Below the pieces are notes generated by a model. It worked only from the letters and a program-made list of their open reading frames with translations, was not told the origin of the DNA and made no database searches. Both the position numbers and the translations under genes were made by a program. From positions 2,884,741 through 2,948,740 of the forward strand of contig OZ037768.1 in NCBI GenBank assembly GCA_964035545.1: 64,000 nt of DNA, written 5' to 3'. Source of the DNA: Bugula neritina. Lineage: Eukaryota > Animalia > Bryozoa. Shown piece after piece: positions 12,301 through 26,210 of the stretch (position 1 is the stretch's first letter; every line of letters begins with the position of its first letter).

Positions 12301-15300
12301 TACTGTAAATTATTGTTTTAATTTTATTGTTTCTTTTTGGACTAACAGAAGATAGAGGGACTGGAAGGCTGGTGGCTGTGCAGTTTCAGAGGAAGGCAGG
12401 GTATTGTACCAGCCAACAGAGTGTCCTTGCTGGCTGGCCTTTATCATGAAAGTGCACTAAGGTTCAACACCAGCCCGGAATCTTCCATATCTGATGTAAG
12501 CTCCTAGCAAGTATCTCCAGTGTGTACAGATCTTATCACATTGCCATAACGAATTCTCGGACAAAGTGTTGTGTTTATTGATATGGCAGTTTTCTTGGCT
12601 CCACTATCAGTGGTATCATGTGACACAAGGCTAGGCAGATACGTGCTTCATCTCTTATCTTTCTCTACCCTGAAGATGGATATTCAAGATACCACTTTTG
12701 GTGTCTCCCAGTTTGTGAAGCTTGAAATTTTATCACTTCTTATTCTTATGTGATGTCATAATATTGTGGCTTTGTTCACCTTGCTGGTGATATCACCTTT
12801 ATTCTATTGCGTAGGTTTCACCTTTGATTTTGTTGAATTTTCAGGGTGGCAACGCAACTCCCGACTATGACATTCCTAAACAAAGTGTACAGAACCGAAA
12901 GCTACCTCCGGTACCAGCCCCTGCCGAGCAAAGTAGAGTGGGGCAACAACTTCCAATCAGAGAATTAGTCTATGACATTCCCAAATCCCTAGAGAAGACG
13001 AGGGTGGGCGCAGTCAAGTCGAGTAATTCATTCGCCGGTTCATTGCAATCAGCAGGCGCCGTGGTGACACCATCAGGGAGCACAACTCCTTCTTCAACAG
13101 ACAATGTATATGACACTCTACCTACAGGTGCTCCGGTACCGCTGCAGGTGCTGCCCTCTAGTGGCAGCAGTGCACCGGGTAACAGAATGAGTAACACTTC
13201 CTGTCCGATATCTCCCCTTTACAGGTCAGGAGACAGCGCCGTGGACGTCAGATCAAATCGCTCTTCTCTCATGTCCACCACGTCTAGCCCGCCAGGCTCT
13301 AGTGTATATGACTACCATAGCGGGGAGCTGTACGACACCCCAAACATTCACCTGCGTTCTAACGCATCTTCAATCAACAGAAGTAAAACCAGTAGCCGTA
13401 TTTCAGACATTAGCAGCACAACTCTACCGCCCATGGGTGGAGAGAATGAGCAGTGCTACTACGACGTGCCAAAGACCATTAGAGAGACTTTACAGAACTA
13501 TAGAGACTCTGGTATATATGATAACAACATGAGGCAGCCTTTGCAGATGTCTCCTCAAAAGGACCCGCTGCCTGGCCTGCACCACGACGGCAGGTTAGCA
13601 AATAGCTCTCCGGTTACGCTGCCGTTTTCCAACCACTCCGAGGTCGTGTATGATACACTCCCGTCAAAATCCAACAGAAAGCTTGGAGCTTTAAGCAATC
13701 AAAACAGTTTACAGAAAATGGAGAGTTTGGATCTAAACGACATTGAAAAGCTGTCTCTGGACTTAGACGAGGCTATAGAGATCGTGGTGAAGTTACAGCA
13801 GCATGTACACACATCTTCTAATAGACTTCTCTCCTTTGTACACAGTAAATGGAGGGTTCGAGCAAACCTAGAGTCAGTTCTATACGACCTAAAGATAGCT
13901 TGTGTGGGCTTCCAGTCAACTCTCCAAGAGTTTTACGAGTTTGGTTTGGGTGCTGTGGCTAACTCCTCCTCAATTGCCGACAAGACGGTTATGAACCGAC
14001 TGTGCCAGGTGCTCGTACCTCTCAAGAACAAGTTGGATGTGGTCAACTCTTGCATGAAGGTATCGTATGTAACTCTTTGTTCTAACATGTTCAAGTTGGA
14101 ATAAATTACGATGGAGCTGTATGTAGAGGACTGACAGCCTCTAAGATTTTATACTAATGAATGATTTGTTGAAAGGGTGTTCACGTCTCTCATCTGAAGT
14201 AACAGCGCCTTTTGAAATTCTATATCTTCATATCTTTATTGTCTTTAAATGCAAATTAGTAAGTTATAAGGTGGGAATGTTGATGAGTCGATTAATCATA
14301 GAGCACTCATCTTTGAGACGAGCTGAGAGCTTTCACTATTTCTACAGTAAAACATGCTAGCAGCATTCCATTGATGCACCAGATACTCACTGCCTTTGTA
14401 CTTGATTATCCAGTGTAAAAGAAATTGTTTTAATGATTCTTCGCAGACACTGAGTGGCATGAAATGGCACATTGCCAAGCTGGAGAAACAGCCAGACAAG
14501 GATGATGATCACGAGATAGTGAGGCTGGTGAACGTGGCGAGAGAGATCAGCGAGGACGTGAATCGTGTAGCCTCAGTGATACACGGAAACAGTAGCTTGC
14601 TGTTCAAATCTAGCCAGAGTGATGGTGAGTAAGCAGCCAGTGTGTTATCTTACTAGTAAGTTATACCTGGTTACCTCGCATATGCAACTCTTGCAATGCA
14701 CACAGCTATTCTGCTGGTAGGCAATATTGTTATGACTTACTCAGTTTTTGGCACATGTAACTGAGAACTGATGCAAATCATGGATACAACCAGCAGAAAA
14801 TATTTTGAATTCGCAAGAACTGTTTTCAGTGTCCATGGTGATGCATTACTACATCACCTAGCACCAAGCTAATTATCTTACCTGAATCATTCCATATCCA
14901 ATCGCTCTGTTTAATTAATATATTATACAGAAATCTATTAGTATTATGATAATTGTATCCTATGATGGGTCTTACGCATACATCAGACTGAGTTAAATTG
15001 TTTTTCTAATTTCCTGTGCGAGGACACCACTGTCATCAGCCATTTCAACTCGTGCATAATCCAAGGTTAATCCCATCTCAACTGTTAAATAATTTGAACT
15101 TGTCAGTTTTTGCACAGAATAATAGAAAATAGAAGTGGTTAATGGCTACATTAAAGAAATTCCTAGGGTAGCACTAGTAGGGAATATATTTTAAATAAAA
15201 ATAATTGATATCTATTTTTTGTAAACCAAACACTACCATATGTATTTAAACATGTTGCTACCATTTATAGCAATATCTTTGGAATGTAAATAATTATTCA

Positions 15301-16933
15301 ACAAAGCTGGTGTTGATGTAGCTATAGTGTCAACAGAGTTGTCAAAAGGTAGCAGGTACTTCATAACAAGACTGGCAACTTGTAATAATATTTCCTAAGT
15401 TGGCAGCACAAGTCATCATAGTACAGAAGAGCTTAAAACGAACTCAATGGTTAGCGTAGTAATACTAGAATCTAAAATTATATTGATTAGGCTCTCGGTT
15501 ACATACTCTACTATATTTACTATGAGAATGTTTTACTCTATAATGACCCAATGTTTTCAACAAACATAGTGATATCCACTTCTAGAACACGTAATCTCTA
15601 TTCATAACGTTCTTATGGTAGCCTTAGATTCGCATATCACTTTCTCTCTTTCACATGGCATTCGTCTCCTTCTTCTTATTCAATGCATGTGTTCCTTCGC
15701 TCCATGTGTAATCTAGCACCTGTGTTTGAGTAACTTGCGTAACTCTTATGCTAACACAATCTTTAGAATATGTGTGGGCAATGCATATTAATAGACGGAG
15801 GAGATTAGTGCATGAGTATGTTTACTCAAGTCAAACTCTCAACTCATACTACTCTTATCGGCCATTTTTATCTTCAAATGTTTACATCCTCCTTCTGCTG
15901 AGTTGACCTTGACTTTAGTAGATGGTATCCCAGTAATAAGTTTATAAAAATATGTGGGACCCAAATCAACTAATGGCCTTTTACTATAAATATTTATTTT
16001 ATAAATCACGTTTGGAATTTGACTGTAAAAATTGTCAACAGACTTTTAAATATTTATTCCTTTGGGGTTGAAAACCTACTATCTTCATTTGCCTTTGTCA
16101 TTTGAGCTTGGCATTATGACACAACTTGGACTATGAATTAATAACTTGTCTAAACACGAGAGTAACCTTTAAGATGAAGAGAATGCATTGTGAGCGATAA
16201 TGTTGACCTCCATGTCTATTATGCTAATAATTTATTTGGATTATGTTACCTTTTCGATTGAATTGACACTAAATAGTTTTACATAATGTTATATCATTTT
16301 ACAGTGCAAAATCTATCCTCTGAAATAAAAGAGTCATCAGATGCCCAAGCGCGCTTGTCTTCTGCTACATCATCTACTATATCGCTAGGGAGAGATCAAG
16401 GCAATGAGGTCTCCAATGAATACGACTATTGTGATATAAACGACAAACCAACTGAAGTCTCCTCAAATATCAGTCCTTTACATCCTAATACTGATGATCG
16501 TATAGCCTTGGATTTACAACTCGATAGTCAGTATCTCTGCTACTATTTACAACACATATATAGCATCTGTAACAGAGTGAAGGAACACAAGCTTAATGTT
16601 GAAAAGACACTGGACAGCAAATCAGAGTTTAATAAACAAATGCTAGTTAGGCAAAGCAGGGAGCTGGTTGCTACAGCTCATGAGTTAGTGTACATAGGAG
16701 ATACGTTGTGTCGGTACATTCGGTCCTCTCATATCCAAGTGGCGGTCTCGAAGGCCGCTAACTCTTTGTGCAATGTTCTCAAAGAGTATATAATGAGTGT
16801 TAAAGACTTAGTCACAGCTACATCTAAGAAATCTCTAGCAGAGAGTTTGTTCAACTCTTTGTGCTCCCATGTTAAGGGAATACAACTTCAAACCCAGTCA
16901 TTTCATGATGTCGTTAACACCTACTGTCAGTAA
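6370..16933 (+). CDS. BCAR1: p130Cas/BCAR1-family (Cas) adaptor; exons 6370-6378 (tentative MSK start), 11632-11727, 12349-12495, 12845-14059, 14447-14624, 16305-16933
   Basis: N-terminal SH3 (LAKAKFDNFAESHDELAFRKGDVLTV..EGLEGWWLCSFRGRQGIVPANRV), YDxP substrate motifs, a helical serine-rich domain ending IHGNSSLLFK, a YDY motif, and a C-terminal FAT-like domain (AHELVYIGDTL). The first micro-exon is a guess. Confidence 0.9.
10455..10540. repeat. Short 13-bp tandem repeat (CAGTGAGTGGATA)
   Basis: About 6 degenerate copies. Confidence 0.7.
11730..11995. repeat. 21-bp minisatellite (CTAGTCTATACTCTATAGATA)
   Basis: About 12 copies starting immediately after the splice donor at 11728. Confidence 0.9.
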
Positions 16934-17989
16934 TACAGAAATTGATCTCTGATCTACATTGATATTATATATAGTTTCCAACTGAAAGGCTGCAGTATAT
17001 AATATTTAAGCTGCATTTTATTTATATATGCTAGAATGTACATTTTGTTGAAATGATTTCATTGGTGGATTGGTATTCAGTATTACTGTTCTCCATGTCA
17101 ATATTACCTTTCAAAGGCGAGTATTAAAATAGATGTTGTTAAACATCGTATTTTTTAACTTCCTCTTTCGATGTTGTAAGGGTACACGCGTAAAACTTGT
17201 TTTATTTCTATGGGCACATTATTGAATTTATTATTATATTTATGCACTTTGTACACAAGATATTATCATGTTAGACATGTCACGTTTCCATGTATTGCAA
17301 AAAACTATTACAATAATTATTTTTGTTATCATTTATAGATCATTGTTATATTATTAAAAAATGTTGGTAGGATTTACTATTTATATAAATATATTTTGAC
17401 AATCAAATACATTGAAATATTATTATAACATTTGTACTGGGTTTCTAAATAAAAGGATATTGTAATGGAGGAATAAGCACATGTGTTCATAGACTGGCTC
17501 TACATACCAATTTCTATGCATCAAAATTCCGTAAGTCAGAATGTAATGATTTTCTTTTATACAAAATTAAACACCTATAAATACAATTGATCACTTAGGA
17601 TGAGGAGATCAATTTTCAATGTATTTAGCAAGAGAATATAAAAAGTGAAATTGAATACCTAAGATACTGGAATAGATAGCAGCATGGTTCACTGTACAAG
17701 TATGCAGAAGTAGAGCAGTGGTCCTGTGTAAACAGTAACTACACAGTCTACTATTTGATGAATGTGAGAGTTCACACACACATACCAGGGCTTGAGTTAT
17801 ATAATCTTCAATAGCTTGAAAGTTAGTACATGATATTTCACAGGCCGGTTTTAATGACACCAGAAATGTCATTCACATAATTTTAGAAATATTTCACAGC
17901 TGAGAACTTATGACCTGCTATAATGCAATGTCCAGATTGTGTTTAGAGATTCTAAATGTATGGATGTTGTCTTCTTTGATGTTGACCTA

Positions 17990-18120
17990 GCCTAGTAACT
18001 ACTATTCATCAATAACTGTTAGCTAGTCATTGTAACTACTAGCTACCAGCTAGTAACTAATAACTAGTAGCTTGGTGACTAATAGCCGCCAGTAACTACT
18101 AGTAACTACTAGCTAGTAAC
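17990..18120. repeat. Degenerate CTAGTAACTA repeat in the CFDP1 3'UTR
   Basis: Recurrent CTAGTAACTA/ACTAGCTAG units. Confidence 0.6.
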
Positions 18121-18149
18121 AATGTCTCATAACACTTCAACACACTGCG

Positions 18150-21100
18150 TCATAATTTTCTTTTACTTGCAGACAGAAGTCTAGCATCTCTCTCTTGTTC
18201 AAACTGTCTCTGGTCAGCTCTTTCCAGGAACTCCTTCCTCTCCAGGTAACTGCAAGAACCCCAATTCATTGCATATCATCAACATATCACAAAATATAAC
18301 AAATGAGTGTTGGCACTAGCTGTGGCTTACGGGGAGTAATTTGCTGTACAATGATGAGTCATTATTAATAATAAATAAATTTTGTCATTTAAATATAAAA
18401 ATGAGACTAAAAGTTGAGCTAAACTTTACCACTCAAGAATGTACCTATTTTCCAGCCTGACGAGTGAAAACTATATGCAGGAAAATTAAATTAAAATAAA
18501 GTAAAAGAGGAGTAAAATCTCTTTGAAAAATGACCGATCAACAGGATGATCCTACTGATTTATAAACTGTGAAAATCTTGTTGCCAAACATATTAAAGCA
18601 GACACCTAGTAGATAATTTAAGTTTCTATTTGACAAGAGGGACAGTCACTGATGTGTGTATAAAGTAATTGACTTGAAATGTTACACCTGCATACACTCA
18701 CTAAGATAGGTATTTCCTATCTTCAACACATGCTTCACTACACTTAGCCAGCACATTACTACATGTAAGGAGTTAGCTCCCCTATTAGTGGGCAGACAAC
18801 TCTGTAGAAAGCTAATAATGAAAGAGGACAACTCTATAAAGGGTAATTGTGTGTATTATTGATCTGCTAGAGTAATATTCAGAATATTAGCAGTACTCTA
18901 CCAAATATAATCTGCAGAAGCTAAAATTCGGAGAGTAATTTTAAAGCTATTTTATCTACCTGTACTACCTGTGGAGTATTACTACTGTACTACCTGTGGA
19001 GTATTACTCGTTACCTGTGAAGTATTACTCACTACCTGTAGGATATTACTACTGTACTACCTGTAGGATATTACTACTGTACTACCTGTAGAGTGTAGAA
19101 TATTACTACCTGTGGAGTATTACTACTGTACTACCTGTGGAGTATTACTCACTACCTGTAGGATATTACTACTGTACTACCTGTAGGGTATTACTACTGT
19201 ACTACCTGTAGAGTACTACTGTACTACCTGTAGAGTATTACTGTACTACCTGTACTACCTGTAGGATATTACTACTGTACTACCTAAAGATTACCACTCA
19301 CTACCTGTACTACCTGTAGATATTATTCACAAACAAGTTAATAAGGTAGCACTGACCTGCCCTTGCTGTTGGCATGGTTTTTAAGTTCACTGGTTATTCC
19401 TTGTTCAGATTTATACTTTTCCCAGTCGAGTTTTGATTTATCCTGATAACACATGGCAAGATAGCTGTTACAGGAGTTATGTTTAAAACTTACTAAATCT
19501 GTCTTACATAAAAGTATTGTGTGACGCAGAAAAACACATTCTATGATATAAGAAGGTAAGAGTACCTCACATGAATGTATTACGCAAAGTCTAATTATAC
19601 CTTTTGGATTTTATTTTATATTGTAGAGCGTATATTTACAGTATACAAAGCATTATGTAGGCAAGAATAAGTAAACATCAATCTTTATACAGACATAAAA
19701 GGTGTAGATGATGGAAACTTTTAAACACAAGTTTCTTAGTAACTAGGCACCATTTATTCATATAATACATTGATGAGACATACGACACACACATATCAGC
19801 ACTGACTAGTAGTCCTTAGAAATATTTAAAAACTTGTGAGTAGACATGCAGCATTAGGGGATATTGTTTAAGGTCAAGGTTAAACTCACCAAGGTGCTTA
19901 TTTTCTGCTTCTTAGATATGAACCCCAACACAGCTCCTAAGCCACCAGGCCTCTTTGTTCTGGCAAACAGAAGCAAATAGACAGCGACTGTATAGGATAG
20001 AACATATGGTCACTATATCATATTCAAACTTCATACAAAGGAAGACCTCACTAGATTGTATTATAAGTCAGCAGGTGGGGGGGGGGAGGTCTCGCGTGAA
20101 TGAGATGTTAGTGAACTCAGCATTTAGCCTTATTTTTTTAAAAAAAATTGAATGTAAGTTACTAGCAGTACTAGGCCATAAAGTTCACTAAAACTAATTG
20201 ATTTCATGAATAACCAATAACAGTGGAACTCACTGCCAAATAGTTAGATACATACGCAGACGGCCCTAGTTGTGCTCCCAGGGTGCTAGTTGGTGGGTCT
20301 CCATTAGTAGTAGATTTACTTTCTTTAGTATCAGCTGCTATTTCCTTTTCCACTCTAAACATAATTAAAGCATAGAATAAGTGCCAGTGAAATCATATAT
20401 AACAAGTTATACTACTCAATATATTGTAGAGTCGCATTGGGGTGAAACATGGCTGTGAGTAGAGAACTCCAATATCAACACTGAAACACACATGTATGAG
20501 TTCATTGCACTTTTACCTGACTGTCTCTCCGGCAAAATCAAACACTTTCGTGACCTTGACAGTGCCTTTGGGTTTACTCACAGCCGGTGACCTTGACACA
20601 GTCTCTTTCACATCCACCTAAATATTAAGCAATATCCAGTTCAACAAACTTTTCTCAAAAATATTATTGAGTAAACAATCAAAATACAAATTCTTTCACA
20701 AATAATGCAATATTTAATCTTTTCCAATTTACAGCATTTGAGTATATTATTTATACTCAATCTCAAAACAGGAAGACAACTCCCATTAAAATCTTAAAAA
20801 CAAGTTTTGTCAACTGATTGCTAACCACACACAACTAATACTGGTAGCTAACATTACAGTTAGACTGTTAGAGTATGAGGCAACTAAACCAATGTTACTA
20901 GCGAGACTAAAAAGAGTATTTGACCATGACTGTGTTTATATCTGTATAATCCAAGTTAGTGCATAAAATAGGAACACACTCAACATAGGTTTATGCTCAA
21001 AAAGTAACACAAAAATCAATTTGCTGGCTTTCTGAAGGTATGAAATAAGTAAATTCATTAGTCTATAAACTTACTTTCTAATACAAAAAATGAACAAGAA

Positions 21101-22186
21101 TAATAATTGTATTAAAAAACAAACACTTGAGAACACAACAGAATTGCCAATACCTTTTTTTCTGGTGCTTTAGCCTTGGGTCCTACATCAGACAAAAAAC
21201 TTGCCCATAATGCATCGGTTCTAGCCTTTTCCTTTACTTCTTTGGCAGCTGCTTGTTCAGCTTCCAAGTCTTTCCTGAGTTGCTCTGATTGCTCATCACT
21301 CACTCCTCTACCTCTCCCCAATCTGTGGACAATATCACTATATAAACCTGATTATCATACAAAATTAGCTCCGCCTCTTTTACGTCTGCTATTAACTACT
21401 ACATTAACAGGAAGACAACTGCTAAAGCAAGCGATTGTACGCTAAAAGACAATTTCTAACAGCTGAAGAGCTTTTTGAATCTTCAAAGAACAGCATTTCT
21501 CCCATACACTTCATGTAACTATTAGTAAGTTCAACCTGGGGTTGCCTGTAGAAGCTGGCTTTTTGCTCTTCTTTTTTCGACTCTTTGATGCACTTTGACC
21601 TTCATTCTCATTGGCTACAAAGTCTTCATCCTCCCCAGAGTTATCTTCTTCACTAACTTCGTGTTCTAGTAGAAATACTTTACAAATTACCAAACAAAAT
21701 CACCAGATTCCAAAATTTAATGCACCATATCTGAAATTATTATTTGAAGATCGTAAGAAAATATAACATAATCAAGAAAAAAACACACATTTGATTCTTC
21801 AAAGCATCTATAAAGGTTCTGACCAAACAACTTTTTGGTGTCAATATAAAGCTTGAGGTCAGATTCAATGTAACATGAAATACGTGGATCTAAAACAAGG
21901 TCTATGGCATAAGAGAACAAAACAACAACATTGTATTTTTGAGGTATAAATTACCAACACAGCAATATTATTTTTGCTCTTTTACATAATACTCTCTGTT
22001 ACATAGCGCATTATTTAAAATAGTTTCAAACATTTTGTTGGTAGTCTTTTTGATGTATCATACACCCTTAGTAAATTATATAATGTGTAGGAGCTCCTTA
22101 CCAGATGGTACATAATCTTCATCTTCACTTTCATCGCTTTCATCAGAGTTTAACTTTTCATTGTCAGCGAGTTTATCATCAGCCAT
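18150..22186 (-). CDS. CFDP1: Craniofacial development protein 1 / BCNT (Swc5/YETI family); exons 22186-22102, 21665-21536, 21322-21154, 20617-20517, 20354-20256, 19959-19890, 19442-19357, 18249-18150
   Basis: Acidic N-terminus (SDESEDEDYVPS), DALWASFLSDV, VKVTKVFDFAGETVRVEKEI, and the BCNT-C domain KKQKISTLDKSKLDWEKYK..SYLERKEFLERADQRQFEQERDARL. Intron phases are consistent. Confidence 0.95.
18955..19325. repeat. ~21-25-bp minisatellite (TACTACCTGTAGGATATTACTACTG)
   Basis: About 16 units in the last CFDP1 intron. Confidence 0.9.
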
Positions 22187-22740
22187 AGATGGTGACTAAC
22201 CACTGTTCAGGAGTAAACAAATTAGCTGAGTAATCAATTAGATTGGTTCATGTCCATGTTAAAGTAATTCTCTAAGTTTATGATTAAACTTCAAGTTTAA
22301 AGTCATAAGTTGACATTCGAATTACCACAATTCGTTATTAGACTTGAAGCTAGCAAATTGCTTACTTATAATGATATTCAATATTGGTTATAGCTGATGG
22401 CTGATACTGTTTGAAAAAGCTAAAATTCAAATATTTAAACAGCTGCAGTTATCAGTGATAATACCAAGCATTTACGGTTCAGTGTTCAGTAATGGCATTT
22501 ACATAGACTAATATCACTATCATACTGACTATCAGACTCAGTATCAGTATGAGTATCTGTGACAGTATGAGTATCAGTATCATACTGATACTCATACTGT
22601 GACTATGACTATGAGTATGCTAATAGTAATTGCTATTAGTTTATTTTTTCATTAATAATTATAATAATTTTCATTAAGCCTAGCTGATGACATTTACTTA
22701 TTAATATTAGTTACTGCTTGTACTTATAGTTATTCACTTT

Positions 22741-25335
22741 ATTATTATTATTACCTCAGTTGAGGTAGGACTTCCGCAGCAACTGGAAAGTCTATAGGGA
22801 AGCCTCTAGTGAAAACTTACATTGGACCAGGGTTAGCACTAGTTACAGCATTTGCTGTTTTGTAATTAGTTATTATATTCTCCGCGCATTTCACGAATTG
22901 TTCGTGGTAGAAAACTAGTGTGGAATAAGTTTTTCCTAGATGATATAGAGATAAGCTCTCCTCTGGCAGCTGCTCGAGTGGTTACAGTTACAAGTTCCCT
23001 GCCTTCAATTATTTCGTCATAGGCTCTGGATAGAGACTGGTGTTGATCCTCATTTTGAAGAATTCGGGTCAGCAAACACAGTCGATGATTTTTTCGTCTG
23101 TCTTCCAGCGACCGAAGTCCTAACTCATCCCTCGCCTCAGAAACACTGTCAGCACGTCCCTTCATATTGCTTATAAATCGTATGGCACTGTTCTGGACCA
23201 GCTCTATATCATGCACTTTACCCCTAGCCGCAGGATCCCAAACCACATCCGCATAATCGAGTATAGGCCTACATAGACTTGTATAAGCCAGTAGCTTAGC
23301 ATCTTTTGGGGCATCATACATCAAATGCTTGATGCCGCCAAGAATTTTCCGGGACTTGGTACACTTGTTATTTATGTGTTGATCAAACTTTAGGTTTGAC
23401 TGGATGGTTACCCCAAGGTATTTAGTGCTTTGTACCCACGCAAGGCATGTGGTACCGAGTTTGTAGTGTGATATAGGGGTTACCTTACCAAAATTAATTG
23501 CTTGGCATTTCTGTTCATTGAAGGGCATTTTCCATTTTAGAGACCACTCATATACAGCGTTAATGTTAGTTTGGAATAGTTCTGCATCCTTAGTGGTGTT
23601 CACAGTTTGGTAAAGTAGAGTGTCATCAGCATAGAGGCTGACTTTACATGACAACAAATCCGGAAGATCATTTATATAGCACAAAAACAGGATTGGGCCT
23701 AGCACAGATCCCTGCGGCACTCCTGAGGTTACTCGGCACTTTTGAGAGCTTGCCCCTCTAAGTACAACAGACTGCTGTCGGTCGGAAAGAAAATCGAGTA
23801 TCCAGTTAAGGAGGTATCCATTTATACCCGGTATCTCTTGTAATTTTTGGAGCAACATAAGGTGAGGTACCTTGTCAAAAGCCTTTTTGAAATCCATAAC
23901 TACTGCATGGGTAGTATGTCCTTCATCGGCTGCTTTTACTAGGTTATGGTAGGTAACACACAGTTGAGTTTGGCAGGACAGTCCTTTCCTAAAACCATGC
24001 TGTCGATGGTGAAGCACACTGTCAAGCTTTTCATTGAGGTGATGAAGCACGATGTGCTCCATCATTTTACAGGGAATACTTGTCAGGGATACGGGCCTAA
24101 AGTTGTTTGGAGATTCACTGTCCCCGCCTTTATGTATTGGTGTGACATTTGCAAGTTTCCACTGTTTTGGCAGTTTACCTGTGTCTAAGGAACTTTTGTA
24201 GATCAGAGCAAGACATCTAGCAGTACCCTCCAAGTCTATGAGCATGTCAGGCTTTCGAATTCCATCAGGTCCTGGCGATTTTCCATTTGGCAAATTTTGG
24301 ATGTTTGGCAACCCCTTCTGGTGTAACATCAATAGAATCTTGGGCATCGGTTTCGATCCTTGAGAAGTCTTCTGCCATAAAGCCCAGCTGGAACTGACTC
24401 TGGAAAAAAGTGTTCAACAACTCAGCGCATTGGACAGGATCTCCCGTCACTATATTTTGATCGTCCTTCAGTACCAATAGCTCTTGTCTTTTGTTTTTGT
24501 CTGCTTTAAGCAGTTTAAAGAAAGGCTTTGAGTTCCCTCTTTTTAGTGGACGATATATTCTGTTTGTGTAAAAGGTTTTTCGTATTACTTCCAGCTCTTT
24601 CTTCCCGTCTCTTCTCAGTTTTTTGTACTGTTCACGATCAAAGCTATTTGAGCTGACTTTGGATCGCCTATGTGCCTTCCTTACTCTTTCTTTGATTTTC
24701 ATAGCTTTTTTATTGAACCACTCTGGGACAGAGGGGTGGGGTGATTTCAGCTGCTTGATTGGGACGTGCTGACCAATACTTCTTTGTAAGTTTTCCGCGA
24801 AGAGATTCCACATTTCCTCTGGGTCCTCCAAAACTGCTAATGCCTCTGATGTTTTTTGCATATCTTCCTGAAATGCTTCTTGATTGGCTTTCTTGTACAG
24901 CCTGAAAGTTTGTGGTTTTCTCAGGGTAGCGGTGGTTGCACTTTGGACATGAGTAATGATCAATGAATGATCACTAAGACCTGGGCTTATGATCTCAGTG
25001 TCACATATAACGTTAGGCTGGTTGGTGCATATTAAGTCCAGCGTGTTACCAAGAAGGTGTGTTGATCCTTTTACCACTTGAGTCATTTTATGGCTATTTA
25101 GTACATTAAGAAAATTCTGATGAATCTTTTTGTATGGGGTCAAGGGCTTTACTGCTTTTGTATTCCAGTCAATCCCTGGAAAGTTCATATCTCCAACAAA
25201 CAAAATAGTGTGCCTTTGATACTCTCTTTGTAGGTAATCCAAAATATCATTTATAACATCTGTGTTGGAGAGATGTACATAAGGTCTGTAGTAACAGCAG
25301 ATGACCATTCGTGGTTGAATTTTCACTGCTACCAC
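22741..25335 (-). mobile_element. 5'-truncated non-LTR retrotransposon (CR1/L2-like group): partial AP endonuclease plus reverse transcriptase, one frameshift at ~24303
   Basis: Endonuclease motifs GDMN, LDL and SDH in ORF 24265-25335. RT motifs KSPGPDG, NFRPVSLTS, DFKKAFDKVPH, GVPQGSVLGP and YADD in ORF 22866-24347. Short 3'UTR ending in a (TAA)n tail at 22741-22753. Confidence 0.92.
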
Positions 25336-26082
25336 TTGATGATTATCATATTCATATTGATATTTATAATAGTTATTATAATTTATATCAATTGAAAATT
25401 AACATATGAATATTCGTAAGAATAATCATAGCCCATAGGATTCCGAGTAGGCAAAATTTATATTGATATTCACATTGGTTTTGTAATACATTATGATTAT
25501 AAAAGTAAAACTCCAACTCAAACTGTATTTATTTTAAATCTTTATAATTATTGTTAGAGTTCATAGCTTTTGTACTTGTAGTAGTAACACTAACATACTA
25601 ACATAGAAATTTGTTTTTTATAGTAATATACTATGATTATTGAATAAGTTAGTGTCAATTAAACATTGATAGTGATACTCGTACTGCCTTCCTTTGTCAT
25701 GTTTACAGCTTATTACTAATACTTATTATGGGAAAAAAGAGCTATTGAAGGTAGTGAATTGTGGGCGTGAGTTAATATTACTGAACGATGTACCTGTGTT
25801 CTTTTACTGAGTAAGACACGCCTTTAACCCCGAGAAGGCGCTATATATATTATACCTTTCAGACATGCTGTTTCCGGATTAGCTATATAGCAAGGTTTTC
25901 ATCACTAGACTAATGATTAGGTAGCCGTGAATAATGGTCATTCATGCTCAATATAAACTTATAATAAAGTTAGACTCTCAGACAGTGTGAGTGTAAATAA
26001 TTTTATAGTTTCTTTTTGGACTGCTAGTTAACATGAACATCAGTATAACTGTAATTTAACATGAATATTTAAGATGTCTATT

Positions 26083-26210
26083 ACATTTACTATTAGTATT
26101 ATAATTACTATTACTATTACTATTACTATTAGTATTACTATTAGTATTACTATTAGTATTAGTATTAGTATAAGTATTACTATTCGTATTAGTATAACTT
26201 TAAGTATTAC
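26083..26210. repeat. (ATTACT/ATTAGT)n hexamer microsatellite
   Basis: Direct reading; it explains the spurious I/T/S ORF 26074-26256. Confidence 0.85.

Noticed and set aside
18955-19325. Zelda (CAGGTAG) enhancer cluster
   Set aside because: The motif is simply part of the repeat unit, Zelda is restricted to insects and crustaceans, and nothing identifies this genome as one of those.
24265-24347. Programmed ribosomal frameshift between the two LINE ORFs
   Set aside because: Endonuclease and RT are normally one ORF in these elements and there is no slippery heptamer. A simple deletion or sequencing error explains it.
22102-25335. LINE-endonuclease/BCNT fusion like ruminant CFDP2 (p97Bcnt)
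   Set aside because: CFDP1 is complete with its own ATG, the LINE lies wholly upstream with its own stop, and no in-frame splice link is evident.
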